DNA of 64,000 bases from an uncultured Actinomycetota bacterium (GCA_963770565.1 CAVYQE010000002.1:224001-288000); one strand, 5' to 3'. Positions 1 to 9,436 are shown, numbered from the stretch's first letter. The notes: generated by a model from the letters alone, not told the origin. Numbers and translations: made by a program.

Positions 1-907
1 TGCCGTCGGCATGGGCGAACCGGTCGGGGAAATCGAGGATCCCGCGCACGTCGGCGCCGCGGAAGCCGTAGATCGACTGGTCCGGATCCCCCACGACGAC
101 GAGCAGCCGGCCGTCGCCGGCGATCCGCGCGAGCAGCTGCTCCTGCGACGGGTCGGTGTCCTGGTATTCGTCGACGTAGACCGCGCTGAATCGGCTGCAC
201 ACGTCGCGGGCAGGACCGTCGAGCAGCTCGGCCGCGCGTGCGATCAGCCCGGCGTAGTCGACCTCCTCGCGGATCGCGAGCACGTCGAGGTATTCGTCCA
301 TGAACTCCCCGGCCGCCACCCACTCCGGCCGGTCGTCGTCGAGTCCGAGGCGCCGCACCGCGGCGCCGTCGAGCCCGCGCTCGCGGGCCCGGTCGAGCAG
401 GTCGGACACCTCGCGGGCGAAGCCCCGCAGCCGCAGGGCGGGCGAGTACCGTGCCGGCCACTGCGTCGTGCCCTCGCCCTCGGCGTTGCCGACCAGTAGC
501 TGGTGCACCCGCATCTCTCGCTCGGCGCCGGAGAGCAACCGTGGCAGCCGACCGCCGGGGCCGACGCCATACGCGCGAAGCAGGGAGTAGCAGAAGCTGT
601 GGAACGTCGATGCGGCCGGCTCCGCCATGGTCCGGCCGAGGCGCGCGGCGATCCGGCCTCGGAGCTCGTCCGCGGCCTTGCGACTGAAGGTGAGTACGAG
701 CACCTGGTCGGGTGTCGCGCCGCCCTCGACCCGGGCGACGACCGACTCGACGAGTGTGGTCGTCTTGCCGGTGCCGGGGCCCGCGAGCACCAGCAGCGGC
801 CCGCGGTCGTGGTCGACGACCTCGCGTTGGAACTGGTCCAGGACCGGCGCAGCGATTGGTACGACAGGACGTCGTACCAGTCGATAGGTCGGAGCGGGCG
901 CGGGCAC
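1..907 (-). CDS. UvrD/REP-family ATP-dependent DNA helicase (AdnA-like), N-terminal part; runs off the window edge
   Basis: Not in the ORF track because no stop lies in the window. Manual translation from GTG 907 (or 919) gives LDQFQREVVDHDRGPLLVLAGPGTGKTTTL (Walker A), VLVLTFSRKAA, VYVDEYQDTD and VVVGDPDQSIYGFRGA, which are UvrD motifs. Adjacent to an ATL gene, as in actinobacterial adnAB loci. Confidence 0.9.
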   Translation of the reverse strand, partial: MPAPAPTYRLVRRPVVPIAAPVLDQFQREVVDHDRGPLLVLAGPGTGKTTTLVESVVARVEGGATPDQVLVLTFSRKAADELRGRIAARLGRTMAEPAASTFHSFCYSLLRAYGVGPGGRLPRLLSGAEREMRVHQLLVGNAEGEGTTQWPARYSPALRLRGFAREVSDLLDRARERGLDGAAVRRLGLDDDRPEWVAAGEFMDEYLDVLAIREEVDYAGLIARAAELLDGPARDVCSRFSAVYVDEYQDTDPSQEQLLARIAGDGRLLVVVGDPDQSIYGFRGADVRGILDFPDRFAHADG

Positions 908-949
908 GGCAACGATCACAGCACGCCGGTCGGACGCCCGAGGCAGGCG

Positions 950-1312
950 CTAGGCGTCGCGGTGCACGATGTCCGGTGCGAACGCGGGCACGCAGACCGC
1001 GATGTAGTCGGCGCCGTCGGGCCCGGGCGAGGAGAACTGCACCCACTCGCCGGCCTTGGTGTGCACCGCTTGCCCGGCGGTCACCTCGAGCCGCCCGGCC
1101 TCGGACTCGACGACGACCATGCCCTGCAGGACAACGGTGAACTCGTCGAACTCCGGCCGCTGCCCGGGCTCGGTCCATCCGCTCGGGCTGGTCATGTGGG
1201 CGACGCTCACGCGCGCCTCACCGGTCGCGACCCGGCCTACGTACTCGCGGATCGTCTTGGGTGGCTCGCCGGCCGCCTCGATGATGCTCGGCGCGTCAAT
1301 CAGCTCGGGCAC
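950..1312 (-). CDS. Cupin domain protein
   Basis: GTG 1312 with GAGGAGG SD; SVAHMTSPSGWTEPGQRPEFDEFTVVLQG...AGQAVH is a cupin-2 pattern. Confidence 0.85.
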   Translation of the reverse strand: MPELIDAPSIIEAAGEPPKTIREYVGRVATGEARVSVAHMTSPSGWTEPGQRPEFDEFTVVLQGMVVVESEAGRLEVTAGQAVHTKAGEWVQFSSPGPDGADYIAVCVPAFAPDIVHRDA

Positions 1313-1613
1313 GTGTCCTCCTCGTCGTTCGGCCGTCCCAGCGGGCGCGGGACATGTCCACCCGGCCGTTGCGGATCGGCACGTCTTCCTCGCGCAAGAG
1401 CGCCAGCTGGTGCTCCGACTTGTGGGTGGCGCATGAACCGTCCGACCGCAACACCCGGTGCCACGGCACCTCGGCGCCGTACCTCGCCATGACCGTGCCG
1501 ACCGCACGACCGGAACCCTTGCCGACCATCTCCGCGACGTCGCTGTAGGACAGCACGCGGCCCGGCGGGATCCTGTCGACCGCGTCCAGGACGGCGACCG
1601 TGAACGGCGTCAC
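1296..1613 (-). CDS. Alkyltransferase-like (ATL/MGMT family) DNA-binding protein
   Basis: IPPGRVLSYSDVA...RAVG...VPWHRV; Trp in place of the catalytic Cys marks the ATL subfamily. Confidence 0.9.
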   Translation of the reverse strand: MTPFTVAVLDAVDRIPPGRVLSYSDVAEMVGKGSGRAVGTVMARYGAEVPWHRVLRSDGSCATHKSEHQLALLREEDVPIRNGRVDMSRARWDGRTTRRTRARAD

Positions 1614-1636
1614 GAGAGGAGGCTAACGTCGCCCCC

Positions 1637-2512
1637 ATGCGAATTCTCATCCTTGGTGGGACCCGGCTGGTAGGACGCGGGATCGCCGCGCAGGCACTGG
1701 CCCGAGGCCACGACGTGACGTTGTTCAACCGCGGTCAGACCGACCCGGCCGCTCTGCCGGCCGCGACCCACATCGTCGGCGACCGCAACGGCGACCTGGC
1801 CGAGCTGGCTGCCGGTGAGTGGGACGCGACCGTCGACGTCTGCGCCTATGTGCCGGACCAGGTCCGCCGCCTGCTCACCACACTCGACAAGCGCGCAGGT
1901 CACTACACCTTCATCTCGACGATCAGCGTCTACAGCCAGGACATCCCTGCGAACGGCTACACCGAGGACGCACCACTACTCCCCGCGGCGTGGGACGACA
2001 CGTTGTCGATGGAGAAGTACGGCGAGTTGAAGGTCGGCTGCGAGAACGTTGCGGCCGAGCTCGCAGGCGACCGGCTGCTGACGATCCGGCCCGGTTACGT
2101 GATCGGGCCGCACGACTACACCGAGCGGTTCAACCACTGGGTGCGCGCGGTGGCGGCCGGCCAGCCGTTCGTCGGCCCCGATGCAGACCAGCCATTGCAA
2201 TGCGTCGACGGCCGCGACCTCGGTGCGTTCACGATGGACTGTGTCGAACGCGGCGTCATCGACACCTTCAACGTGACCGCGCCACAGGACGTGCCGACAT
2301 TCGCCGAGGTGCTCGACACCATCGCGCGCGGTCTCGGCGTCGCGCTACCCGAGGTGACCTGGACCGGGACGAACGAGGACCTGCCACTGTCCGACAGCGA
2401 GGAGTACTGGTCGAGCCTGCGGGCCGACTTGTCGAAGGCGATCGCAGCCGGATTCACCTGGCGCCCGCTCGAGGACACCGTCCGCGACATCAAGGCCGAA
2501 CAAGGTTTGTGA
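1637..2512 (+). CDS. NAD-dependent epimerase/dehydratase family protein
   Basis: ILILGGTRLVG Rossmann motif, YGELK catalytic motif; TAACGT -10 lies 7 nt before the ATG (leaderless). Confidence 0.88.
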   Translation: MRILILGGTRLVGRGIAAQALARGHDVTLFNRGQTDPAALPAATHIVGDRNGDLAELAAGEWDATVDVCAYVPDQVRRLLTTLDKRAGHYTFISTISVYSQDIPANGYTEDAPLLPAAWDDTLSMEKYGELKVGCENVAAELAGDRLLTIRPGYVIGPHDYTERFNHWVRAVAAGQPFVGPDADQPLQCVDGRDLGAFTMDCVERGVIDTFNVTAPQDVPTFAEVLDTIARGLGVALPEVTWTGTNEDLPLSDSEEYWSSLRADLSKAIAAGFTWRPLEDTVRDIKAEQGL

Positions 2513-2627
2513 TGCACAGGGCTTGTAGACGCGCATGACGATGCGCAAGGCAGCCGTGCCGTACTCGGATCTAGCGAATAAGCGCCCGGCGTTCCGACGC
2601 CGATTGAGTCGGCGCTACTGTCCGCCG

Positions 2628-2703
2628 CTGATCTTCGCCTTCGTTGCCAGTTTTCGCGCAACACCAACACCGCCGTAGAAGTGGTCGTGAGCGCGAAGAT
2701 CAG
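2628..2703. repeat. REP-like palindromic repeat family B, copy 1
   Basis: CTGATCTTCGC...GCGAAGATCAG termini with internal CCAG...ACAC...AAGTGGTC, shared with 14860-14924 and 60038-60103. Confidence 0.65.
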
Positions 2704-2751
2704 GGAAGCGCGCGTACGTGCCGCTCGCGCGCTCCACACGTCGTGAAGCAG

Positions 2752-2801
2752 GGTTTGTGCAGCGAGACGTACCGCAGAAGGTACGGCGCGCTACACGAAC
2801 C
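2752..2801. terminator. Long imperfect hairpin between convergent genes (possible bidirectional terminator or REP-like element)
   Basis: GGTTTGTGCAGCGAGACGTACC-gcagaa-GGTACGGCGCGCTACACGAACC, about 22-bp imperfect stem. Confidence 0.5.
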
Positions 2802-2812
2802 GAGCCGGTCGC

Positions 2813-3994
2813 TTAGTACAGCGGTTCGTCGTGCAGGACCTGCGTGCTCCACGCGGTGACGCCGCCTTGCAGGTGCTTGGCGTCCGCGAAACCGGCGTTC
2901 TTGAGCAATGCCAACGATTCCGCCGACCGCACACCTGACTTGCAGTACGCGATGATCGGCCTGTCCTGCGGCAGCTCGGCCAGCTTCGAGGCCAGGTCAC
3001 CCTTGGGGATCAGCACCGCGCCGGGGATCCGGATGATCTCCCACTCGGCCGGCTCGCGAACGTCGACGAGCAGGAAGTTGTCACCGGCATCCTGCATGGC
3101 CTTGAGCTCGGTCGCCGTGATCGTCGATCCGGCGGCTGCGTTCATCGCCTCGTCGGAGACCACGCCGCAGAACGCCTCGTAGTCGATCAGCTCGGCGATG
3201 GTCGGGTTCTTGCCGCACAGCGGGCACTCGGGATCCTTGCGCACCTTGACCGACCGGTACGTCATCTCCAACGCGTCGTAGATCATCAGCCGGCCGACCA
3301 GCGGCTCGCCGATGCCGGTCAGCACCTTGATCGCCTCGTTGACCTGGATCGAACCGATCGACGCGCAGAGCACACCGAGTACGCCACCCTCGGCGCACGA
3401 CGGAACCATGCCCGGCGGTGGCGGCTCCGGATAGAGACAGCGGTAGCACGGGCCGTACTCCGACCAGAAGACCGATGCCTGGCCATCGAACCGGTAGATC
3501 GAACCCCAGACATACGGCTTGTTGAGCAACACGCACGCATCGTTGACGAGGTAGCGGGTCGCGAAGTTGTCGGTGCCGTCGACGATCAGGTCGTAGCCGG
3601 CAAAGATCTCCATCACGTTGCTCGAGTCGAGCCGCTCCTCGTGCAGGAACACGTCGATCAGCGGGTTGATCTCCCGCACGGACTCCATCGCGCTGACCGC
3701 TTTCGGGCGCCCGACGTCGCTCTGGCCGTGGATGACCTGACGCTGCAGGTTCGACTCGTCGACGACGTCGAAGTCGACGATGCCGAGCGTGCCGACGCCG
3801 GCCGCCGCGAGATACATCAGCGCCGGAGAGCCGAGACCGCCGGCACCGACACAGAGGACTCGGGCGTTCTTCAGCCGCTTCTGGCCGTCCATCGCAACGT
3901 CCGGGATGATCAGGTGGCGCGAATAGCGCCGGATCTCCTGGGGCGTCAGCTCCGCAGCAGGCTCCACCAGCGGGGGCAATGGCACGTTCGTCAC
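2813..3994 (-). CDS. moeZ: Adenylyltransferase/sulfurtransferase MoeZ (ThiF + rhodanese)
   Basis: RYSRHLIIPDV, GAGGLGSP, SNLQRQ, CYRC...CPLC, C-terminal rhodanese YCKSGVRS. Confidence 0.95.
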   Translation of the reverse strand: MTNVPLPPLVEPAAELTPQEIRRYSRHLIIPDVAMDGQKRLKNARVLCVGAGGLGSPALMYLAAAGVGTLGIVDFDVVDESNLQRQVIHGQSDVGRPKAVSAMESVREINPLIDVFLHEERLDSSNVMEIFAGYDLIVDGTDNFATRYLVNDACVLLNKPYVWGSIYRFDGQASVFWSEYGPCYRCLYPEPPPPGMVPSCAEGGVLGVLCASIGSIQVNEAIKVLTGIGEPLVGRLMIYDALEMTYRSVKVRKDPECPLCGKNPTIAELIDYEAFCGVVSDEAMNAAAGSTITATELKAMQDAGDNFLLVDVREPAEWEIIRIPGAVLIPKGDLASKLAELPQDRPIIAYCKSGVRSAESLALLKNAGFADAKHLQGGVTAWSTQVLHDEPLY

Positions 3995-4063
3995 CTCATG
4001 CGTGTACGTCGACGGCTAACGGCATCGCGATCAGGTCGCGACATCAAGGGTTGCATGAGTTGA

Positions 4064-4089
4064 AACCGGGCCGGCCGAGCCGTTGTTCC
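4064..4089 (-). promoter_or_regulatory. SigH/SigR-type (ECF thiol-stress) promoter for moeZ
   Basis: Minus strand reads GGAAC-N18-GTT; moeB/moeZ is a known SigR/SigH target in Streptomyces and Mycobacterium. Confidence 0.7.
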
Positions 4090-4129
4090 GGCGGACCGGG
4101 TCGAAGGCGTTGCCCGCGCGCCCGGCGAG

Positions 4130-4768
4130 TTACTCGAGGAAGGGCTCGAGCCGGCGGTTGACCGCGTCGAGCGCGGCCCGGATGACCGCCTGCCGGGCGT
4201 CCTCACGGACGACCGCCGAGCCGGTCAGCCGGTCGGTGCCGCTGCTGCTGACCATCGTGACGGACACCAGCGCGGTGCGGTCGTTGCCGCTGCGGGAGAC
4301 CTCGACGTGCTCGAGTTCGAAGCGGGCGGACGAGCCGATCAGCTGCTCGATGGCCCGAAGTGCGGCGGTCGCAACCGCACGCTGTACGCCGCTCTGGGTG
4401 GCGGTGCCAGTGGCCTCGCCGCGAACCGTGCCGTCCTGGTAGGACAGCGAAACCGCAGCGGTGACGTCGAGGCCGGAGGAGACCAGCTGCATCCGGGAGA
4501 TGATCGGCCGGCGGCCGTGGACCGGGACGTCGGGCGAGGTGGCGTCCTCGATCAGCTGGACCTGGTCGGCGTCGACACCGAGGCCGAAGCGCTCGCGCAG
4601 CATCCGGCCGACCTTCGATGCGACCTGGACCTCGTCGACACCGGGCGAGAGGCCGAGCCGGAGCAGGCCCAAGCCGCCCCCTGCGTCGTCGGGCTCGACA
4701 TCGGCGTCCGCGACGCCGGGAACCGTCCGCAGCGCGGCGACGATCTCCGCGTAGTCGGTCACGGTCAC
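4130..4768 (-). CDS. Conserved hypothetical protein (C-terminus resembles LeuA allosteric-type alpha/beta fold)
   Basis: GTG 4768 with GGGGAG SD; normal high-GC codon usage; ends LTGSAVVREDARQAVIRAALDAVNRRL. Fold assignment is tentative. Confidence 0.75.
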   Translation of the reverse strand: MTVTDYAEIVAALRTVPGVADADVEPDDAGGGLGLLRLGLSPGVDEVQVASKVGRMLRERFGLGVDADQVQLIEDATSPDVPVHGRRPIISRMQLVSSGLDVTAAVSLSYQDGTVRGEATGTATQSGVQRAVATAALRAIEQLIGSSARFELEHVEVSRSGNDRTALVSVTMVSSSGTDRLTGSAVVREDARQAVIRAALDAVNRRLEPFLE

Positions 4769-4814
4769 GGTTCTCCCCATTCCCTGGGTAGCCGATAGGC
4801 CACCCCTACGTCGG

Positions 4815-4843
4815 TGATCGGAGTGCCGCTGCGTCTGCTTGAG
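4815..4843 (-). promoter_or_regulatory. Putative sigma-28 (FliA/WhiG)-type promoter
   Basis: Minus strand CTCAA-N16-TCCGATCA upstream of the 4130-4768 gene. Confidence 0.55.
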
Positions 4844-5025
4844 CCTCGCGGGCATCACTTGCCCTACGAGGGTACGTACTGTCCTGATTTATCCGGTTCG
4901 AGCGAATTATTCCGCCCGTTTGGCTCTGGACCTCCTCACTCGTTCGCCTCACGATGCTCCCTCCGGTCATCGGGAGCACATAAGCGATGATGAACCCACC
5001 AGACCCTGCCGTCTACGGTGAGCAG

Positions 5026-5913
5026 ATGACGTGGGGTCTGCTGGGCGCGTTCGCCGCAGCGATCGCGTACGGCGTCGGCACCATCCTGCAAGCGGTGGGC
5101 GCGCGGACGACCGGGAACGCCGACGACCTCGACGCCAACCTGGTCCGGCGGCTGCTGCACTCGTCGCCGTACATCACCGGTCTGGTGCTCGACGCGGTCG
5201 GCTTCGGGCTGTCCTTCGCCGCGCTGCACACCCTCCCGCTGTTCACCGTGCAGGCGATCATCGCGTCGAGCCTGGCGGTCACCGCCATTCTGGCCGCGGT
5301 CACGATGGGGATGCGCCCGGCGGTGGTCGAGTGGCTCGCACTGCTCGGCGTGACCGCCGGTCTCACCTTGCTCGCGCTGTCCGCGACCGACGAGTCGGCC
5401 ACCCGGCTCGACGAGCTGGACCGCTGGCTGCTGGTCATCAGCGTCGGCGTGGTCGGCGTTTTCGCCTACGTCGCGGCCCGCCGCCGGCACACCCCGAGCC
5501 GCCACGACGGGTGGTCGCTCGGCGGGCTGGCCGGGCTGATGTTCGGCGGGGCCGGGATCGGCGCCCGGATGTTGCAGACCCCGTCCTCGCCCTGGCGGCT
5601 CTTCCTCGACCCCGCGCTCTACGCGATGGCACTCGCCGGGATCCTCGGCCTGCTGATTTATGCGATGGCGGTGCAGCGCGGCAGCGTGACGGTCGCAACC
5701 GCGGCCGTCGTGGTCGCCGAAACACTGGTGCCGGCCGCGGTCGGCATCACGTTGCTCGGCGACCGGCCCGCACCGGGCCACACCACCCTGGCCGCGTTCG
5801 GCTTCGGGCTGACCGTGGCCGGCGCACTTGCCCTGGCCCGGTACGGCGAGCCGACACCCGGTCACAGTGGACGCCTGCGCGAGCTTCCGGTCGGTACGCT
5901 TCCGGCACCGTGA
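5026..5913 (+). CDS. DMT-superfamily integral membrane protein
   Basis: About 9 hydrophobic segments, AALHTLPLFTVQAII; TACGGT -10 lies 6 nt before ATG 5026. Confidence 0.75.
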   Translation: MTWGLLGAFAAAIAYGVGTILQAVGARTTGNADDLDANLVRRLLHSSPYITGLVLDAVGFGLSFAALHTLPLFTVQAIIASSLAVTAILAAVTMGMRPAVVEWLALLGVTAGLTLLALSATDESATRLDELDRWLLVISVGVVGVFAYVAARRRHTPSRHDGWSLGGLAGLMFGGAGIGARMLQTPSSPWRLFLDPALYAMALAGILGLLIYAMAVQRGSVTVATAAVVVAETLVPAAVGITLLGDRPAPGHTTLAAFGFGLTVAGALALARYGEPTPGHSGRLRELPVGTLPAP

Positions 5914-6542
5914 CAACGACGAACAGCAATCCTGCCCGGGGCACTCGCCTGCCCCGTTCGGTCCGGCGCGAGCAGTTGCTCGGCGCGGCCCAAGAGGTTT
6001 TCGTCGCGAACGGCTATCACGCCGCCGCGATGGACGACATCGCCGAGCGGGCCGGCGTCAGCAAACCCGTTCTCTACCAGCACTTCCCGAGCAAGCTCGA
6101 CCTCTACGTCGCCCTGCTCGACCAGCACGTCGACATGCTCCAGGCGCGCCTGCTGGCCGCCTTGCAAAGTACGACGGACAACCACGAACGGGTGTCGGGT
6201 TGCATCCGGGCCTACTTCGACTTCGTCGACGATCCCGGTGGGGCGTTCCGCTTGGTCTTCGAGTCGGACCTGCGCAACGAGCCGGCGGTGCGGGAGCGGG
6301 TCGAGCGGTCATTGCAACGATCGGTCGAGGCAATCGCCGACACGATCGCGCGCGATACCGGGCTGCAGCGCGCCGACTCCGAGCTCCTGTCCTGCGGGCT
6401 GACCGGAGTCGCCGAGATCAGCGCACGATGGTGGCTGGCGTCGGCCGGCCAGATCCCGAAGGAACGCGCGATCGAGTTGATCCAGGCGCTCGCCTGGCGC
6501 GGGATCTCCGGCTACCCGAGGGTCTCCGACCCCGACGCGTAA
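5910..6542 (+). CDS. TetR/AcrR family transcriptional regulator (Rv3208-like)
   Basis: GYHAAAMDDIAERAGVSKPVLYQHFPSK HTH; GTGA overlap with the upstream stop. Confidence 0.93.
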   Translation: MTTTNSNPARGTRLPRSVRREQLLGAAQEVFVANGYHAAAMDDIAERAGVSKPVLYQHFPSKLDLYVALLDQHVDMLQARLLAALQSTTDNHERVSGCIRAYFDFVDDPGGAFRLVFESDLRNEPAVRERVERSLQRSVEAIADTIARDTGLQRADSELLSCGLTGVAEISARWWLASAGQIPKERAIELIQALAWRGISGYPRVSDPDA

Positions 6543-6623
6543 CGCCCCGGGCCGGCCGTGGTTTCGCCACCGGCGTACCTGGTTTCACCGCACCGTCGAG
6601 GGCGGTCCACTAGCCTGACTCGC

Positions 6624-6851
6624 GTGGAGGTACGGATTGGCGTCAAAGGCGCCCCGCGAGAGTTGTCGTTCGAGAGCGCACAGTCAGCCGACGAGATCCA
6701 GCAAGCGGTGGAAGAGGCACTGAAGAACAACGCCGCCACCGTGACCCTCGCCGACGAGAAGGGCCGCCGGGTGATGGTCGCGACCGACAAGCTGGCCTAT
6801 GTCGAGATCGCCGAGGCCGACTCGCGCCGGGTCGGGTTCGGCGCGCTCTAA
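6624..6851 (+). CDS. DUF3107 domain protein (Rv3208A-like)
   Basis: MEVRIGVKGAPREL...LADEKGRR...LAYVEI...RRVGFG; conserved synteny. Confidence 0.9.
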   Translation: MEVRIGVKGAPRELSFESAQSADEIQQAVEEALKNNAATVTLADEKGRRVMVATDKLAYVEIAEADSRRVGFGAL

Positions 6852-6875
6852 CCGATCGGTCGTCGCCTGCTCCGG

Positions 6876-7550
6876 CTAGGAGTGCAGGCCTAGCGTGTCC
6901 ATCCGTTCGCTGTGCCGCTGCGTCAGTCGGGCGAGCAACTCCCCCACTGCGGCCAGATCGCCAACGCCGCCGACGATCAGCCGGGCCAGTTCGTCCCGGT
7001 CGACCGCGATCCGCTGCGCCTGAACGAGCGCCTCACCGACCAGCCGCCGGCCCCACAACGCGAGCCGGCCGGCAACAGCCGGATCCGCCTCGGTCGCCGA
7101 GCGCACGTGCGCAACGGCGAACTCCGCGTGGCCGGTGTCACCGAGGACGTCGACGACGAGGGACTGAGTCGAGTCGTCCATGAACTCCGCGAGCTCGCGA
7201 TAGAAGTCAGCGGCAAACCCGTCCCCGACGTAGGCCTTGACCAGGCTCTCCAGCCAGTCGGCCGGCGCGGTGGAGTCGTGGTAGGCGTCGAGCGGTTCGA
7301 CGAACGGCGCCATCGCGACGTTGGAGTCCACGCCGAGCGACGCCAGCCGCTCGTGCAGGACCTGGAAATGCTCGAACTCCGCGACCGCCATCGCGCCGAG
7401 CGCGGCCTTGTCGGCCAGCGTGGGCGCGAGTGACGCATCGCCGGCGAGCCGCTCGAACGCGGTCAGCTCGGCGTAGGCAAGAACGCCCAACAGGTCGATA
7501 ACCGCGAGCTTGCGATCCTCGTCCGTCATCGGGTCGGTCCACTCGCTCAT
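6876..7550 (-). CDS. Ferritin-like fold protein (MiaE-like, Rv3210c-like)
   Basis: DLLGVLAYAELTAFERLA, EFEHF, WLESLVKAYVGDG, LALWGRRLVGEAL. Confidence 0.9.
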   Translation of the reverse strand: MSEWTDPMTDEDRKLAVIDLLGVLAYAELTAFERLAGDASLAPTLADKAALGAMAVAEFEHFQVLHERLASLGVDSNVAMAPFVEPLDAYHDSTAPADWLESLVKAYVGDGFAADFYRELAEFMDDSTQSLVVDVLGDTGHAEFAVAHVRSATEADPAVAGRLALWGRRLVGEALVQAQRIAVDRDELARLIVGGVGDLAAVGELLARLTQRHSERMDTLGLHS

Positions 7551-7595
7551 TGCCCGACACTATCGAGCAACGCCCGCTGAACGGCCTCAGCGCAC

Positions 7596-7756
7596 TACAC
7601 TGGCCATCAGTACGACATTTCGCGGAGAGCCGTGGTGTCGGCCCCCCGCGGTTGTCGCGGGCGCGGGCCAGCCGCCAAGTGTGCAGACGGACTCCGCACA
7701 AACGAGCTCTGCCGTGTATTGCCAGGCAATCCTGGGCAGAGGCTAGGAGTCCCACC
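7596..7756 (+). promoter_or_regulatory. Promoter -10 plus about 150-nt structured 5' leader of the DEAD-box helicase
   Basis: TACACT at 7596; stems CCCGCG/CGCGGG, TGTGC/GCACA and CTCTGCC..ATTGC/GCAAT..GGCAGAG, the last ending just before the AGGAG SD. Confidence 0.45.
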
Positions 7757-9370
7757 GTGAAGACCTTCGCCGATCTCGGCGTCGATGACGACATCGTCGC
7801 GACGCTGGCAGCGCGAGACATCACCCATCCGTTCCCGATCCAGTCACTCACCATCCCGCTGGCGCTCAAGGGCCACGACCTGATCGGTCAGGCCCGCACC
7901 GGCACGGGGAAGACCATTGCGTTCGCACTGCCGCTCCTGCACCTGGTCGAAGCCGGCCGCGCGGACGGCAAGCCCCAGGCCCTCGTGGTGGCCCCCACCC
8001 GGGAGCTCGCCAGTCAGGTCGCCCGTGACATCGAGCTGGCGAGCGGCGACCGTCGCACCCGGATCCTGGTCATCTACGGCGGCCGGGCCTACGAGCCGCA
8101 GCTGGAAGCACTCCGCAAGGGGGTCGACGTCGTCGTCGGTACGCCCGGCCGGCTACTCGACCTCGCCAAGCAGCGTGCGCTCGATCTATCCCAGGTGAAG
8201 ATCCTCGTGCTCGACGAGGCGGACGAGATGCTCGACCTGGGCTTCCTGCCGGACGTCGAGCGGATCGTCGCCCAGGTCGCCGAGGTCCGCCAGACGATGC
8301 TGTTCTCGGCCACCATGCCGGGCCCGGTCGTCGCGCTGGCCCGCCGCTACCTGCGCCACCCCACCCACATCCGCGCCGAGTCACCGGATGAGAGCTCGAT
8401 GGTGCCGACCACCAGCCAGTTCGTGTTTCGCGCCCACCACCTCGACAAGCCGGAGGTGCTCGCCCGGGTCATGCAGGCCGACGGCCGCGGCCTGGCGATG
8501 GTGTTCACCCGAACGAAGCGATCCGCCGACCGGATCGCCGCCGACCTCGAGGAGCGCGGCTTCGCCGCGGCGGCAGTGCACGGTGACCTCGGCCAGGGCG
8601 CCCGCGAGCGGGCGCTTCGCGCGTTCCGCAGCGGCAAGGTCGACATCCTGGTCGCGACCGACGTCGCCGCGCGCGGCATCGACATCGCCGGCGTGACCCA
8701 CGTCATCAACTACGAGTGCCCGGACGACGAGAAGACCTACCTCCACCGGATCGGACGCACCGGCCGGGCCGGCGAGGTCGGCTGCGCGATCACCTTCGTC
8801 GACTGGGCCGACGGCTACCGCTGGGGCATGATCAACAAGGCCCTCGACCTCCCGTTCCCGGAGCCCGAGGAGACCTACTCGACCTCCGACGTGCTGTATG
8901 AGGAGCTCGACATCCCGCGTACGGCGACCGGCCGGCTCCCGCGCGCGCAGCGGACCCGCGAAGGGCTCGACGCCGAGGCGATCGAGGATCTCGGCGAGAC
9001 CGGGCGGCGTCAGCCAGCCGGCGGTCGGACCACCACCCGCGCGCCCCGATCCGGCGGCGGCAGCCGATCAGCGGCCGGCAACCGGTCCTCCGGCCGAGCC
9101 GGCTCGGGCAGCCGACCCGAGCGCGCCCCCCGCTCCGAGCCCGCGGCCGCATCCCCCGCAGCCGATGGGGCGGCCCGGCCCAAGCGGCGCCGCAAGCGCA
9201 CTCGTAGCGGCGTACCGAGCGCTGAAGCCCGGAGCACGACTGCGGCCGGCAACGGCGCGGCGCCAACATCCGCGGCCGGCGGCATCGAGGGAGCGCCTCC
9301 GCGCCGCCGCAGCCGCAGTCGGGCAGGCGCAGCCGCCACGGCTTCCAGCGAGCCAAGAACCACCACGTAA
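7757..9370 (+). CDS. DEAD-box RNA helicase (RhlE/Rv3211-like) with Arg/Ser-rich tail
   Basis: GQARTGTGKT, PTRELA, DEAD, SAT, ARGID, HRIGRTGRAG; GTG 7757 with AGGAG SD. Confidence 0.95.
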   Translation: MKTFADLGVDDDIVATLAARDITHPFPIQSLTIPLALKGHDLIGQARTGTGKTIAFALPLLHLVEAGRADGKPQALVVAPTRELASQVARDIELASGDRRTRILVIYGGRAYEPQLEALRKGVDVVVGTPGRLLDLAKQRALDLSQVKILVLDEADEMLDLGFLPDVERIVAQVAEVRQTMLFSATMPGPVVALARRYLRHPTHIRAESPDESSMVPTTSQFVFRAHHLDKPEVLARVMQADGRGLAMVFTRTKRSADRIAADLEERGFAAAAVHGDLGQGARERALRAFRSGKVDILVATDVAARGIDIAGVTHVINYECPDDEKTYLHRIGRTGRAGEVGCAITFVDWADGYRWGMINKALDLPFPEPEETYSTSDVLYEELDIPRTATGRLPRAQRTREGLDAEAIEDLGETGRRQPAGGRTTTRAPRSGGGSRSAAGNRSSGRAGSGSRPERAPRSEPAAASPAADGAARPKRRRKRTRSGVPSAEARSTTAAGNGAAPTSAAGGIEGAPPRRRSRSRAGAAATASSEPRTTT

Positions 9371-9375
9371 CGGGA

Positions 9376-9403
9376 TCAAGGGATTGCCGCGGTCGGCCGA
9401 TGC
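9376..9403 (+). promoter_or_regulatory. Putative sigma-28 (FliA/WhiG)-type promoter
   Basis: TCAA-N16-GCCGATGC, 33 nt upstream of GTG 9437. Confidence 0.6.
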
Positions 9404-9436
9404 TTGTGGGAACGACGACCGAGGAGGGAACCGACC

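Noticed and set aside
857-879. TGGTACGAC/GTCGTACCA inverted repeat in the 5' end of the helicase gene
   Set aside because: Single 9-bp stem inside coding sequence, with no second copy and no other support.
244-912. 222-aa minus-strand ORF in the track
   Set aside because: Wrong frame; the overlapping frame starting at 907 carries all UvrD motifs and runs off the window.
2513-2812. Possible pseudogene in the 300-bp gap between the epimerase and moeZ
   Set aside because: No frame gave a recognisable protein; much of the gap is explained by two palindromic elements.
5031-6542. 503-aa ORF suggesting a TetR fusion (likewise the long N-terminal extensions of the DEAD helicase, rmuC, cheW, phzF and the 30429 GNAT ORF)
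   Set aside because: Extensions are Arg-rich off-frame read-through typical of high-GC DNA; real starts have an SD, a leaderless -10 or a stop/start overlap.
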